Position numbers and translations under genes: made by a program. Positions 20,171 to 28,512 of a stretch of 64,000 bases of DNA are shown one piece after another. The notes beneath the pieces are model-generated. The model searched no databases. It was not told the origin of the DNA and saw only the letters and a list, made by a program, of their open reading frames with translations. How positions within the stretch are numbered: the first letter of the stretch is position 1; each line of letters begins with the position of its first letter. Source of the DNA: Escherichia phage vB_EcoM_WFbE185; sequence record MK373778.1. The stretch is one strand, 5' to 3'.

Positions 20171-20200
20171 ATTATACTCCAACCATCCTTGGTTGTACAT
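20171..20200 (-). promoter_or_regulatory. Sigma70-type early promoter
   Basis: Minus reads TGTACA-17-TATAAT; same spacer as 19151. Confidence 0.5.
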
Positions 20201-21195
20201 CATTCCTTAAGAAGTTTTACTACTTGAATAAGATTAGCTCGTTCTGTTTTATTTTTACCGTTTAAGCCTGCTAATCGTGAGATTTCATCGTCAGTCTGCT
20301 GAATAGTTACATTAAGTTCGTTAATCAAAGCTTCAAAGTATTTGATTTGCTCAGCATGTTTTGATTCAAATTTCTGAACTGGAATAACGTCTTGGTTTAG
20401 TTCATCAATAAGGTCTTTAAGAGCATCTTCTTGGTTGATATCATATTCAACTTCTTTTATTTCTTCAACAAGCTCGTCTTTATATCTAACGTCTTTTAGT
20501 CCTGGTGCTGGTCCTGAAATCTCTTCTTTAAGAGTACAAACATACCCAATACGGTATCCAATGCCGTCTCGCTTGATATCAACTTCGTCGATAAATCCAC
20601 AATGTTTAAGACCAGAGCCGATTAGGTCAAAATATCCTTGACGTCGTCCTTCAAACGTTACACGAACTACTAAGACAGTTTTGCCTGCAACCTTTTGAAG
20701 CTCACATTTATAAAAGTCAGTTGAACCTGAATAACTTGGATGAGTTTTAAAGTTCATCTGACGATCTAGGCCCATTTGTAAGCGTGCTGTTACGGCCATA
20801 AAACGTGTTTGGTTCTCGTTAAGATGAGCAACAATCCATTTCAAAGGCATTTTACACTGTTCACGGCCGAACAAATCAGTACGTCCTAGATTACGCAGGA
20901 TGTTGTTAGAGTTAATCATCGACAGAACGTTAAGTTTATTCAGCGCGCTGAAGATTCCATCAGCCATTGATTTTCCATAACCTTTACACGCTTTAATAAG
21001 TGCTCGCGGCAGATTAGTATAGATTTCAGACGGCATATGAAAATCAAATTTACTAGTCAGTAATTGATGAACTTGGATAGCAATTTGTTCATAATTAAGT
21101 GCCCTGCGATCATTATGGTCTTTAAACCATACTTTAATCTGTGAAGCACATAAACCGTTAATTTCATGTTTTACCGCATCAGATGTAATGCTCAT
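20200..21195 (-). CDS. Hypothetical protein, 331 aa, paralogue family member 3
   Basis: ORF track; N-terminal region aligns by eye with 18172..19122. Confidence 0.6.
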   Translation of the reverse strand: MSITSDAVKHEINGLCASQIKVWFKDHNDRRALNYEQIAIQVHQLLTSKFDFHMPSEIYTNLPRALIKACKGYGKSMADGIFSALNKLNVLSMINSNNILRNLGRTDLFGREQCKMPLKWIVAHLNENQTRFMAVTARLQMGLDRQMNFKTHPSYSGSTDFYKCELQKVAGKTVLVVRVTFEGRRQGYFDLIGSGLKHCGFIDEVDIKRDGIGYRIGYVCTLKEEISGPAPGLKDVRYKDELVEEIKEVEYDINQEDALKDLIDELNQDVIPVQKFESKHAEQIKYFEALINELNVTIQQTDDEISRLAGLNGKNKTERANLIQVVKLLKE

Positions 21196-21257
21196 AACTA
21201 TTTCCTCAGATTGAATTGGAACTCAAAACCATTATAACCCGTCCTTGGGTAAAGCGT

Positions 21258-21785
21258 TTATGCGTGAACCGTCTTTAAACGTTCTTCAAATTTCCGAAGA
21301 GTACTAATACGTTCTGCTTTCTGTTTTGTATAGTTTGCAATACGTTCTGAAGTGAGAGCGTATCGTTCGTTTACTGTTTCTTTCATGAAGTCAGGGATTT
21401 CACGAGAAGCTTTAATTTCATCAAACTTATCGAGTACTGCCTGGTCTTCAGCAATTAAATTTTCGTACATCTCGATATCTTTCTTGATGAAGTCGATATC
21501 TTCCTGGGTTACTTTGGATAAACGAGATGCCTTATCCTTTTTGTACTGCTCGTTAGTTTCACGAGACCAGAATAATGTACGTTTTTTGTTAGTGTTTTTG
21601 TAGACTTCCACAATTCCAACTGAATCGATGATAACAATCCAATTCCAGCGAGATTTGAAAATCTGACCTCCGTCCACGGTAATCTCGTTACCATAAGCAA
21701 TGTCATTAAAGAACTTACTTTGTGCTTCAGATTTAAATTTACCGTCGTTATAATTTACCAGGTTGAAAATATCTTTAGCGTTCAT
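21258..21785 (-). CDS. Hypothetical protein, 175 aa
   Basis: ORF track; promoter at 21824-21850. Confidence 0.55.
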   Translation of the reverse strand: MNAKDIFNLVNYNDGKFKSEAQSKFFNDIAYGNEITVDGGQIFKSRWNWIVIIDSVGIVEVYKNTNKKRTLFWSRETNEQYKKDKASRLSKVTQEDIDFIKKDIEMYENLIAEDQAVLDKFDEIKASREIPDFMKETVNERYALTSERIANYTKQKAERISTLRKFEERLKTVHA

Positions 21786-21823
21786 GTTTTACCTCCAGTA
21801 GTTGATAGGTCTATAATAACATA

Positions 21824-21850
21824 ACCATAGACCTTGTAAACAACTAAAAG
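21824..21850 (-). promoter_or_regulatory. Sigma70-type early promoter
   Basis: TTTACA / TATTAT; AGGTCTAT/ATAGACCT inverted repeat flanks -10. Confidence 0.45.
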
Positions 21851-22131
21851 AAACTTTTTTCGGTATTTTTTCCACTGAACCAAACAGACTTCGGGATTTT
21901 TTGTAATTTTTCAGATTTAAGTTTCTCTTCCTGTTCTTTCTTATATACACCCTTGTCGTACTGGAGCATCTCTATGGCATTCTTTTGCAAACGATCTAAG
22001 GTAATTAAGGCTTTAGTTTTTCCTTTCAAGGAAGAGTCCTGGCGAACCTCCTCGCTATATTGCATTGTAGAACTAACCATACGATGAGCATAGAGTTCGA
22101 CTGCGGCTTTAATTTTTTGCATAAAATCCAT
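21844..22131 (-). CDS. Hypothetical protein, 95 aa
   Basis: ORF track; overlaps another candidate ORF 22026..22232 in a different frame. Confidence 0.4.
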   Translation of the reverse strand: MDFMQKIKAAVELYAHRMVSSTMQYSEEVRQDSSLKGKTKALITLDRLQKNAIEMLQYDKGVYKKEQEEKLKSEKLQKIPKSVWFSGKNTEKSFF

Positions 22132-22269
22132 AACATATCCTCTTTGATTTGTACATCATTATTTTTAAATATTTCTATGCCCTCAGTAGGTTCCAGGTGT
22201 CCTTCTTTGAGGTAAGCCATATGATTATTCATCTTTATGGCTTTTGTTACCTCAGAACTTCCTATAAGC

Positions 22270-23262
22270 TTATTTCAGTAAAGTTACTTCAGAGATTTCC
22301 TCCCAGCCATCTTTATCAGTTGAAATAAAATCTGCTACATAAAGAGCGGTACGTAATGATACATTGCGAAGACGAGATACATTAGCCTTCATCCAGGACA
22401 ATGCTTTGTACGTTTCTGCATCCGTCAGGCCACGTTTCTGCATCATGTCAGTAGATAATATTACATCTTCAACTCGAACCATAATCTCTTCATTAGAGTG
22501 TACTCCAAGATCGAGATATACTGAACGAGATACTAAAGCTTGAAGGTGTGGAGCAAGTTTCGAACCCCGTTCTAACTCTTTATCGATATCAACGTTTGTA
22601 ATGAAAACGATAGTACCTTCAAACTCAAATTCTTTATCGATACCCTTATCATCAAGATAAGATGATGCAGTGCTCCAGCAAACTTTGCGTTTATCACCGG
22701 TATCTAATGCTGCTTTAAGAAGGTTCAAGATGTCCATATCCGAGAATACGTCAACGTCGTCGATTAAGAGAACGCTGTCTGCATCACGGTTGAGCCAAAG
22801 TTGTTCGTAAAGGCCAATACCTGAGATTTTACCATTAATGCTTTTGTATTTGATGAAACCATTATCATTAGCATTATTAAGTGCTTTATCCAGAGAATAC
22901 GTCTTACCAATACCGGCTGCACCTGAAATAATGAGTGAACGAATTTTGCCATCGATAATACCATTAGTCATCATGTTCATTACTTTAAAGCGTTTGTTGA
23001 TACGAGTTTTCATATCTTCAGTGCTTTCAACAACTGCAACTGGTGATGTCTCAGCTCCTTCCATTATGATGTCTGATTTGAAGACCCATACTCCACGTTC
23101 AGAACCATCGATCATAACGAAAATTTTACCATCACCTAAGTGGGAACATTCAGGATTAAGCTTTGCCGGGAACCATGTCTTTGTGGCAACATAAGAACCA
23201 GAGATTTCGTTATTACGATAGATACCTTTTTTGATTTGAACGTTGAACATTTTATTCTCCAA
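22270..23262 (-). CDS. P-loop ATPase, 330 aa
   Basis: ORF track; Walker A GAAGIGKT; Walker B VLLIDDVD. Confidence 0.65.
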   Translation of the reverse strand: MENKMFNVQIKKGIYRNNEISGSYVATKTWFPAKLNPECSHLGDGKIFVMIDGSERGVWVFKSDIIMEGAETSPVAVVESTEDMKTRINKRFKVMNMMTNGIIDGKIRSLIISGAAGIGKTYSLDKALNNANDNGFIKYKSINGKISGIGLYEQLWLNRDADSVLLIDDVDVFSDMDILNLLKAALDTGDKRKVCWSTASSYLDDKGIDKEFEFEGTIVFITNVDIDKELERGSKLAPHLQALVSRSVYLDLGVHSNEEIMVRVEDVILSTDMMQKRGLTDAETYKALSWMKANVSRLRNVSLRTALYVADFISTDKDGWEEISEVTLLK

Positions 23263-23289
23263 ATTTACTCATTTCGTTTCGATAGGTCT

Positions 23290-23318
23290 ATAATAACATG
23301 TTTAAAGCAAAAGTAAAC
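23290..23318 (-). promoter_or_regulatory. Sigma70-type early promoter
   Basis: GTTTAC-17-TATTAT; TGCTTTA motif in spacer. Confidence 0.5.
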
Positions 23319-23320
23319 AA

Positions 23321-23539
23321 TTATTTGCGACGAGATTTTTTGGTAAGAGGTTGAAAGAACACTGCTTTACCGGCAGGAGTCAAAGTGACTCGTAATGCAT
23401 TACCGATTCCCAAGGATGCTTTAACCAGACCTTTAGATTTCAGTTCACCGAATGCTTGACGTTGGTCTGCATTACGAGTGTTAACCATAAGACCTTTATC
23501 ACCAGCTTCACGAATCATTTCTAGCATTTTGGTTTTCAT
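23321..23539 (-). CDS. Small basic protein, about 72 aa
   Basis: ORF track 23321..23599 trimmed to ATG 23539 with SD AGAGGAG. Confidence 0.45.
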   Translation of the reverse strand: MKTKMLEMIREAGDKGLMVNTRNADQRQAFGELKSKGLVKASLGIGNALRVTLTPAGKAVFFQPLTKKSRRK

Positions 23540-23570
23540 TTTGTTTTCTCCTCTTGTTTTGATAGGTCCT

Positions 23571-23599
23571 ATAATAACATATCCTAAAAGCATGTACAC
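23571..23599 (-). promoter_or_regulatory. Sigma70-type early promoter
   Basis: TGTACA-17-TATTAT. Confidence 0.5.
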
Positions 23600-23619
23600 T
23601 ACTTTTTAAAAATATTTTG

Positions 23620-23644
23620 ACCCCCTAAAAGGGCCCGAAGGCCC
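23620..23644 (-). terminator. Rho-independent terminator (GGGCC-UUCG-GGCCC then U-run)
   Basis: Hairpin at 23631-23644 followed on minus by TTTTAGGGGG. Confidence 0.55.
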
Positions 23645-23647
23645 TTA

Positions 23648-24637
23648 TCATTTATAGTATGAATTATGATTTTCGAGATAGACTTGCTCAAGGAAATCAT
23701 CCCAGAAACTCATATCTACTTTTTGTTGCATACCGTTCTTAGCGGCTTGTTCTGACGCGTGTTCAACTTGGACAACGATATCTTCTAGGAATTCTTGTAC
23801 AGTTTTAAACGTATGTTTACCAAGCTTAACATCGAGAATAAATGGAGCATCTTGAAGTGGGTAAACCAGGTCGCCGGTTTTGTAAATTTCCAATAATTGA
23901 AGTCCACCACGACATGCATGACTCAATGCTTTCCAGTCAATACCTTCGTTAGCTTCTGCCTTACGAGCACGTTCACCATAGTTCTCTTCCAGTTTAACCA
24001 GGATGGCATTGAACTCTTTATTGGTTAACGTGTCTTGGAATTTACGGTCTAACAGATTATAGAATGTTTGCTTACCTGTTTTCTCATTTTCGGTTTCAAC
24101 CCACGAAGCAAATTCACCTATAGGCAGAACATTCTTCATATGTGATAAACGAATTACTGCACCGTTATCAAAGTATCGTCCCCATTCATTAGAACGTTTA
24201 AGGGCTTGACGAAGAACAGCCAGTCGAGAACCCTTGACGCCATATTTAGAAGCTTGCTTACGGACATACCCTAAATAAGATTTCATGTTAGTGGTATAGA
24301 AACGAGACCTGTTATCTTGAATATACTTCCATACATAAGGCAAATCAGATTTAACTACTAGACTTGGTGGAGTGTGAAGCATATCTAATGCGACGGTTTC
24401 ACCATCAGCAGCTAGTTTAAAGAAATATTTGAGACTATACAACTCATGGTCCACGTCGTCTTTTGTGTTCTTAGAAGATGTGTTATTCGTGTTCTTGCTC
24501 ATATGTTCTTTAACGTTACCGGTCAAGATATCACGAGCATGAGGGACATAAATTTCTTTAAAATCGACGTCAGATTCAGGAGTAGACGTTCCATAAAGGT
24601 GGCTACCAAAGTAGCCTTTCATAATTGTTTTCATCAT
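23648..24637 (-). CDS. Pol-beta-superfamily nucleotidyltransferase-fold protein, 329 aa
   Basis: ORF track; N-terminal signature FGS-x10-DVDF (YFGSHLYGTSTPESDVDF). Confidence 0.55.
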   Translation of the reverse strand: MMKTIMKGYFGSHLYGTSTPESDVDFKEIYVPHARDILTGNVKEHMSKNTNNTSSKNTKDDVDHELYSLKYFFKLAADGETVALDMLHTPPSLVVKSDLPYVWKYIQDNRSRFYTTNMKSYLGYVRKQASKYGVKGSRLAVLRQALKRSNEWGRYFDNGAVIRLSHMKNVLPIGEFASWVETENEKTGKQTFYNLLDRKFQDTLTNKEFNAILVKLEENYGERARKAEANEGIDWKALSHACRGGLQLLEIYKTGDLVYPLQDAPFILDVKLGKHTFKTVQEFLEDIVVQVEHASEQAAKNGMQQKVDMSFWDDFLEQVYLENHNSYYK

Positions 24638-25107
24638 TTAGCCTTATATTCAAGAGTAGGACAGACTTTTTCTTTACGAGCTTTAAGGTATTCACCTATT
24701 AATGATTTCTTACGTTCAATAGGCTCAAGTCCATTTTTAATTCGTTCTTGGTTTTGCGCAATGAGCTCAATTTCTTTATAATACTTCCGCTCTCTATATA
24801 AGTCGATTAGCCACGGTATGCCTAATACTAAAACTATAGAAATACCAACACATAATGCAATGAATAAAACACCTACACCAATTGAGGCCGGAACCAATGA
24901 CCATAAACTACTAAAGACAAAGAATTTAGTTAAAATTTCATGGCCAACGATTGTGGCCGCTGCTAAAATCGCAAATCCAATAATCGAAACAAACAATACC
25001 GGGAGAAACGTTTTCCAAAAATAAGCACACAACGTTTTCGGACGATTCCATGTACTATTAAACGCGGCATAAATTTTAAAGTGCCAAGAGTTTTCATTGA
25101 TAATCAT
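24634..25107 (-). CDS. Membrane protein, 157 aa, coupled to the nucleotidyltransferase gene
   Basis: ORF track; several hydrophobic helices; stop overlaps downstream start. Confidence 0.55.
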   Translation of the reverse strand: MIINENSWHFKIYAAFNSTWNRPKTLCAYFWKTFLPVLFVSIIGFAILAAATIVGHEILTKFFVFSSLWSLVPASIGVGVLFIALCVGISIVLVLGIPWLIDLYRERKYYKEIELIAQNQERIKNGLEPIERKKSLIGEYLKARKEKVCPTLEYKAK

Positions 25108-25116
25108 AATAATTCC

Positions 25117-25647
25117 TTATTTCAAAGTTGGGATAATAGAATCGAGATAAGCTTTAAGAGCAACTGCTTCATCTTTGTCTAATGTAACGATATGTTGACG
25201 AAGGTCATCAATTTGGCGAATAACTACAACATCGCCATCTTCATAAGAAGGATTAACGCCTAGGACCGTTGTATAGTCAGGGCGGTCCTGATTTGTAATA
25301 AAAGCATTACGGCATTTAGCCCATTGAAGTTTAGCCTTTTTGGCTGTTTCAGATTCCATTAATTCTTTCACCTTAGTGACAAACGTTTTCCAATTATTAA
25401 TAGAAAGGCATTCATCTTCTGTTTCGATATTAACCCCACTATAAAGACCGTGATAAAACCGAACTTGAAGGTCTTCATCGATGTTAATTACAGATGCATG
25501 GCCGGGCGGATTGAGTTTCAAAATCTTGTCCAGTTCCATAGGAAGAATAGTAACAGAATCATCTTCTTGTGTCAGAACATACACATAACCACGTTTTTCG
25601 ATAGACAAATCACCAAACAACTCGGTTGTTTCAATTACGGTTTTCAT
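25117..25647 (-). CDS. Hypothetical protein, about 176 aa
   Basis: ORF track 25117..25659; first ATG at 25647. Confidence 0.5.
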   Translation of the reverse strand: MKTVIETTELFGDLSIEKRGYVYVLTQEDDSVTILPMELDKILKLNPPGHASVINIDEDLQVRFYHGLYSGVNIETEDECLSINNWKTFVTKVKELMESETAKKAKLQWAKCRNAFITNQDRPDYTTVLGVNPSYEDGDVVVIRQIDDLRQHIVTLDKDEAVALKAYLDSIIPTLK

Positions 25648-25648
25648 A

Positions 25649-25828
25649 TTATTCACCAATTAAAGTTTCAACAAAATTCACCAAATCATTCAGACAAGCA
25701 TCAACCTGATTTTCATAAAAGTCTTCGTTATCATTTACTGCATGATAAGCTACATCATTCAAATCTGAATCGGCTTCACGTAAGTTACGGATAAGTTCCA
25801 TCAATTTATTAGCTTGTTCACGGGTCAT
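25649..25828 (-). CDS. Small acidic protein, 59 aa
   Basis: Hand translation MTREQANKLMELIRNLREADSDLNDVAYHAVNDNEDFYENQVDACLNDLVNFVETLIGE; below cutoff. Confidence 0.35.
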   Translation of the reverse strand: MTREQANKLMELIRNLREADSDLNDVAYHAVNDNEDFYENQVDACLNDLVNFVETLIGE

Positions 25829-25963
25829 TTTACCATACTCGTTTCAATAAGATTCACTATGCCGTTTACCATGTTATAAGTAAACATCGGATAATTGTAT
25901 TGTACTACAACATAAGCGATAAGCAAAAGTTTCATTTTGTTCTCCGTTCGTTTTGGTAGGACT

Positions 25964-25993
25964 ACTATAACATAATCCTACCAAGATGTAAAC
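25964..25993 (-). promoter_or_regulatory. Sigma70-type early promoter inside GGTAGGA/TCCTACC inverted repeat
   Basis: GTTTAC ... TATAGT. Confidence 0.5.
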
Positions 25994-26226
25994 TACCGAT
26001 TGTGTTTTAAATGTTGATAAAGTTCTTCAACTTGTTTAGGGTCCAAAACAATTAGGTCATTTTCTTGGCGAAGATAAATCCATCCCTTATCACCAGGGCC
26101 ATTTTTACAAAACATCACCACCGTATCATCATCTTCAGCGCTTTCAGGTAAAAGTTCAAGTACACCGTCTTCAGATTTTCCAGTATAATCGTAAAGCATA
26201 ATATCCTCACATAATCTCGTTAACAT
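25993..26226 (-). CDS. Hypothetical acidic protein, 77 aa
   Basis: ORF track. Confidence 0.45.
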   Translation of the reverse strand: MLTRLCEDIMLYDYTGKSEDGVLELLPESAEDDDTVVMFCKNGPGDKGWIYLRQENDLIVLDPKQVEELYQHLKHNR

Positions 26227-26386
26227 ACATTTGCAATTCGGTGTGGGTGTCAGCCATCTTTTTCATTGCCTTATTGATATCAATATCGCCATCTTCGCAC
26301 CCATGGGCATTCTCCCAATCAGATACGGCATTAGCGTACTCTTCAATCAAAAACATTAACTTAGAAATTTTTTCTTTACGTGACAT
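26207..26386 (-). CDS. Hypothetical protein, about 59 aa
   Basis: ORF track 26207..26425 trimmed to ATG 26386 downstream of promoter 26414-26442. Confidence 0.4.
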   Translation of the reverse strand: MSRKEKISKLMFLIEEYANAVSDWENAHGCEDGDIDINKAMKKMADTHTELQMYVNEIM

Positions 26387-26413
26387 AACGTTCTCCTCTA
26401 GTAAGTAAAGACT

Positions 26414-26442
26414 ACTATAACACAACCTGCGGAGAAGTAAAC
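26414..26442 (-). promoter_or_regulatory. Sigma70-type early promoter
   Basis: GTTTAC-17-TATAGT. Confidence 0.5.
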
Positions 26443-26452
26443 TGATAGATAC

Positions 26453-26480
26453 AAAAAAGCCCCGACCTTTCGGAAGGGGC
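26453..26480 (-). terminator. Rho-independent terminator, conserved GCCCC...GGGGC motif
   Basis: Minus reads GCCCCTTCCGAAAGGTCGGGGCTTTTTT; one of three near-identical copies. Confidence 0.6.
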
Positions 26481-26487
26481 TAGTAAA

Positions 26488-26791
26488 TTAGATAGATGTA
26501 GGCTCTAATTTTATTTTCATGAACTCGGCAAATTGTCTGGCAGTTTTTATGCCTTGTTCATGACATTCAAATGCATCATCACAGGGGCTATTTTTGTAAT
26601 GCTTTGCCATATACTTATAGAATTTTTCAGAATTCTCGACATTTTGAATTTCAAACAAAGTATATACGTTTTTAATACCTGATTCCATAAAGTTATCAAA
26701 ATATGGGTCAATATGTGCAGTACCAACGATAGGAGTTGTTGCTGCAAAAAAACCCCAGCATCGCTATGACAGCTATCGCTCTTAAGGCCAT
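26488..26791 (-). pseudogene. rI: Lysis-inhibition regulator rI, split by frameshift at a homopolymer
   Basis: ATG 26791 with AGGAGG SD gives MALRAIAVIAMLGFF then stops after 27 codons; the RI domain continues in the +1 frame after plus-strand A7 at 26746-26752. Confidence 0.6.
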
Positions 26792-26803
26792 ATAGGCCTC
26801 CTG

Positions 26804-27016
26804 TTAATTTTGGCCAGTATTTATTTTTCGCCTTTGGACGGCCTTAACATCTGCGAGGTATTTTTCCAGCTTGCGCTTGCGTGTATAATCAGCTTTAGAA
26901 CCAGTTTGACGAATATCCTCGTTTAAATGAGAAATAGAATGTCCTAATTCTCTTCGGATTTCGTCCAATTGGGTTACAGTAAGATTACGAAGTTGTCTTT
27001 CGTTTAATTGCTGCAT
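26804..27016 (-). CDS. Hypothetical basic protein (rI.1 position)
   Basis: ORF track 70 aa; late promoter TATAAATA 23 nt upstream. Confidence 0.5.
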   Translation of the reverse strand: MQQLNERQLRNLTVTQLDEIRRELGHSISHLNEDIRQTGSKADYTRKRKLEKYLADVKAVQRRKINTGQN

Positions 27017-27038
27017 ATACCTCTTGGTTAGATATTAG

Positions 27039-27046
27039 TATTTATA
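27039..27046 (-). promoter_or_regulatory. Late promoter TATAAATA
   Basis: Plus tatttata immediately upstream of ORF 26804..27016. Confidence 0.55.
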
Positions 27047-27623
27047 ACAACCCTGTCAAATCGTTCCAATGCTTCCGGCATAATGACACATATCTATCGG
27101 TATCACCAATTTCAATTTGACTGCCATCTGTAATTGGAAGTCCGTCTTCCGTGACTCTAGCTACCATTGTGGCCTTTTTACCACAATGACAGACACCTTT
27201 AAGTTCAACAAGCTTATCGGCAATAGCCATTAATGCTTGAGAACCTTCAAATAGATTACCTTTAAAATCTGTTCGTAGTCCATATGCCATTACCGGCACA
27301 TTGTACACGTCAACAATACGACTAAGTTGATACACCTTTTCAGTAGTTAAGAACTGAGCTTCGTCAACAAATACACAGTGAATATCCTTTTGTGCTGCAG
27401 CCCATTTATAGAATTCAAAGATATCCATGTCTTTTGTAATTATATTGGCGTCCTTACGAATACCAATACGAGAGACTATTTCACCTTTTGAATCGCGAGT
27501 ATCAATAGCCGGTTTAAGAACTAATACACCCATGCCACGTTCTTTATAGTTATGTGCGGCAGTAAGTAATGAAGCAGACTTACCAGCGTTCATAGCAGCA
27601 TATGTAAAAATTAAACTAGCCAT
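27042..27623 (-). CDS. tk: Thymidine kinase
   Basis: 193 aa; P-loop AMNAGKS; Zn-ribbon CHCGKK...CRKH; resembles T4 Tk. Confidence 0.9.
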   Translation of the reverse strand: MASLIFTYAAMNAGKSASLLTAAHNYKERGMGVLVLKPAIDTRDSKGEIVSRIGIRKDANIITKDMDIFEFYKWAAAQKDIHCVFVDEAQFLTTEKVYQLSRIVDVYNVPVMAYGLRTDFKGNLFEGSQALMAIADKLVELKGVCHCGKKATMVARVTEDGLPITDGSQIEIGDTDRYVSLCRKHWNDLTGLL

Positions 27624-27632
27624 AAGAGTCCT

Positions 27633-27815
27633 TTATAGTGAATTCACATAGTCAATGAGTTCTTGTTCTTTCCTGTCAAATGATTCCATCAATGCTTGAT
27701 ATTCTTCGTCTGTTAAAGGAGCATATTCATCGTACGCATTGGTGGCTGCTTGCTCATCCAATAGGTCATGGATAAGTTCGAACAGTTTAGTTTTCTCTTC
27801 TTTAGTCAATTTCAT
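27633..27815 (-). CDS. Small acidic protein, 60 aa
   Basis: ORF track. Confidence 0.45.
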   Translation of the reverse strand: MKLTKEEKTKLFELIHDLLDEQAATNAYDEYAPLTDEEYQALMESFDRKEQELIDYVNSL

Positions 27816-28033
27816 TTAGGTTCACCTTCTTTAACGAAATCTGGGTAAGGGTAAAATCCTGAGTAAAACCCTTCACCTTTATGATTGCTACAACCTTTGT
27901 TCGAACAGTAACACCAATAATCAAAATCACAAGCCATTTCGTCATTGCATAAAGCAAAAACTACAGGCCATTCGCATTTTTCGCATTTAGCACCTGTAAG
28001 AATTTTTGTTTGGCTCATAACAATGGTTCCCAA
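27812..28033 (-). CDS. Cys-rich small protein, 73 aa
   Basis: ORF track; CEKCEW ... CYCSNKGC. Confidence 0.45.
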   Translation of the reverse strand: MGTIVMSQTKILTGAKCEKCEWPVVFALCNDEMACDFDYWCYCSNKGCSNHKGEGFYSGFYPYPDFVKEGEPK

Positions 28034-28512
28034 TCAACAATCACAATTTCTAGTTTAGTGGAATACGTATCTAAAATCTCTTCGATGACATCCCAGTTTC
28101 CACCACCAATACCTGCACCAATTCTTGGCATATAAATTACAGGCTTTGTTATCTTATTTTTTCCGAATTCATTTAATTCTATTATACAATTCATTAAAGC
28201 AGAGTACTCAAAATTAGGTCCCGGCTCAAACTGTGTATAAAGATTAAAGCAATAAGCTTTATGGGTCTTAAAATATTTTTCATAAACCGAATAAGTCCCG
28301 AGTTTAGACTTGTCTCCGAATTCGGTTTGAAGTTTATCGGCTTCTAAAATTTTTGGATAAGCCTTTGCCAATTGACCTGCTACACCGGCACCCATTGTAT
28401 GAAAACAATTGCACCCATGAGCAATATTATTACCTTTAGAAAACAGGGCGACAATATCGCCCTTGATATAGTTTTTAATCACTTGCTGCAAGTCCTCTAG
28501 TATAAGAGTCAA
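28015..28512 (-). CDS. Macro-domain protein (predicted ADP-ribose binding/hydrolase), start uncertain
   Basis: ORF track; IAHGCNCFHTMGAGVAGQ and YMPRIGAGIGGGNWDVIEEIL resemble the two macro-domain loops; plus 28510-28512 is caa so the listed start is TTG, likely true start GTG about 28482. Confidence 0.55.
   Translation of the reverse strand: MTLILEDLQQVIKNYIKGDIVALFSKGNNIAHGCNCFHTMGAGVAGQLAKAYPKILEADKLQTEFGDKSKLGTYSVYEKYFKTHKAYCFNLYTQFEPGPNFEYSALMNCIIELNEFGKNKITKPVIYMPRIGAGIGGGNWDVIEEILDTYSTKLEIVIVDWEPLL

Noticed and set aside
23321-23539. Small basic protein as a helix-turn-helix transcription regulator
   Set aside because: No convincing HTH motif could be identified by eye; left as hypothetical.
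26547-26747. Alternative-frame 66-aa ORF over the rI locus
   Set aside because: The overlapping frame encodes a recognisable RI domain; this frame is hydrophobic nonsense.
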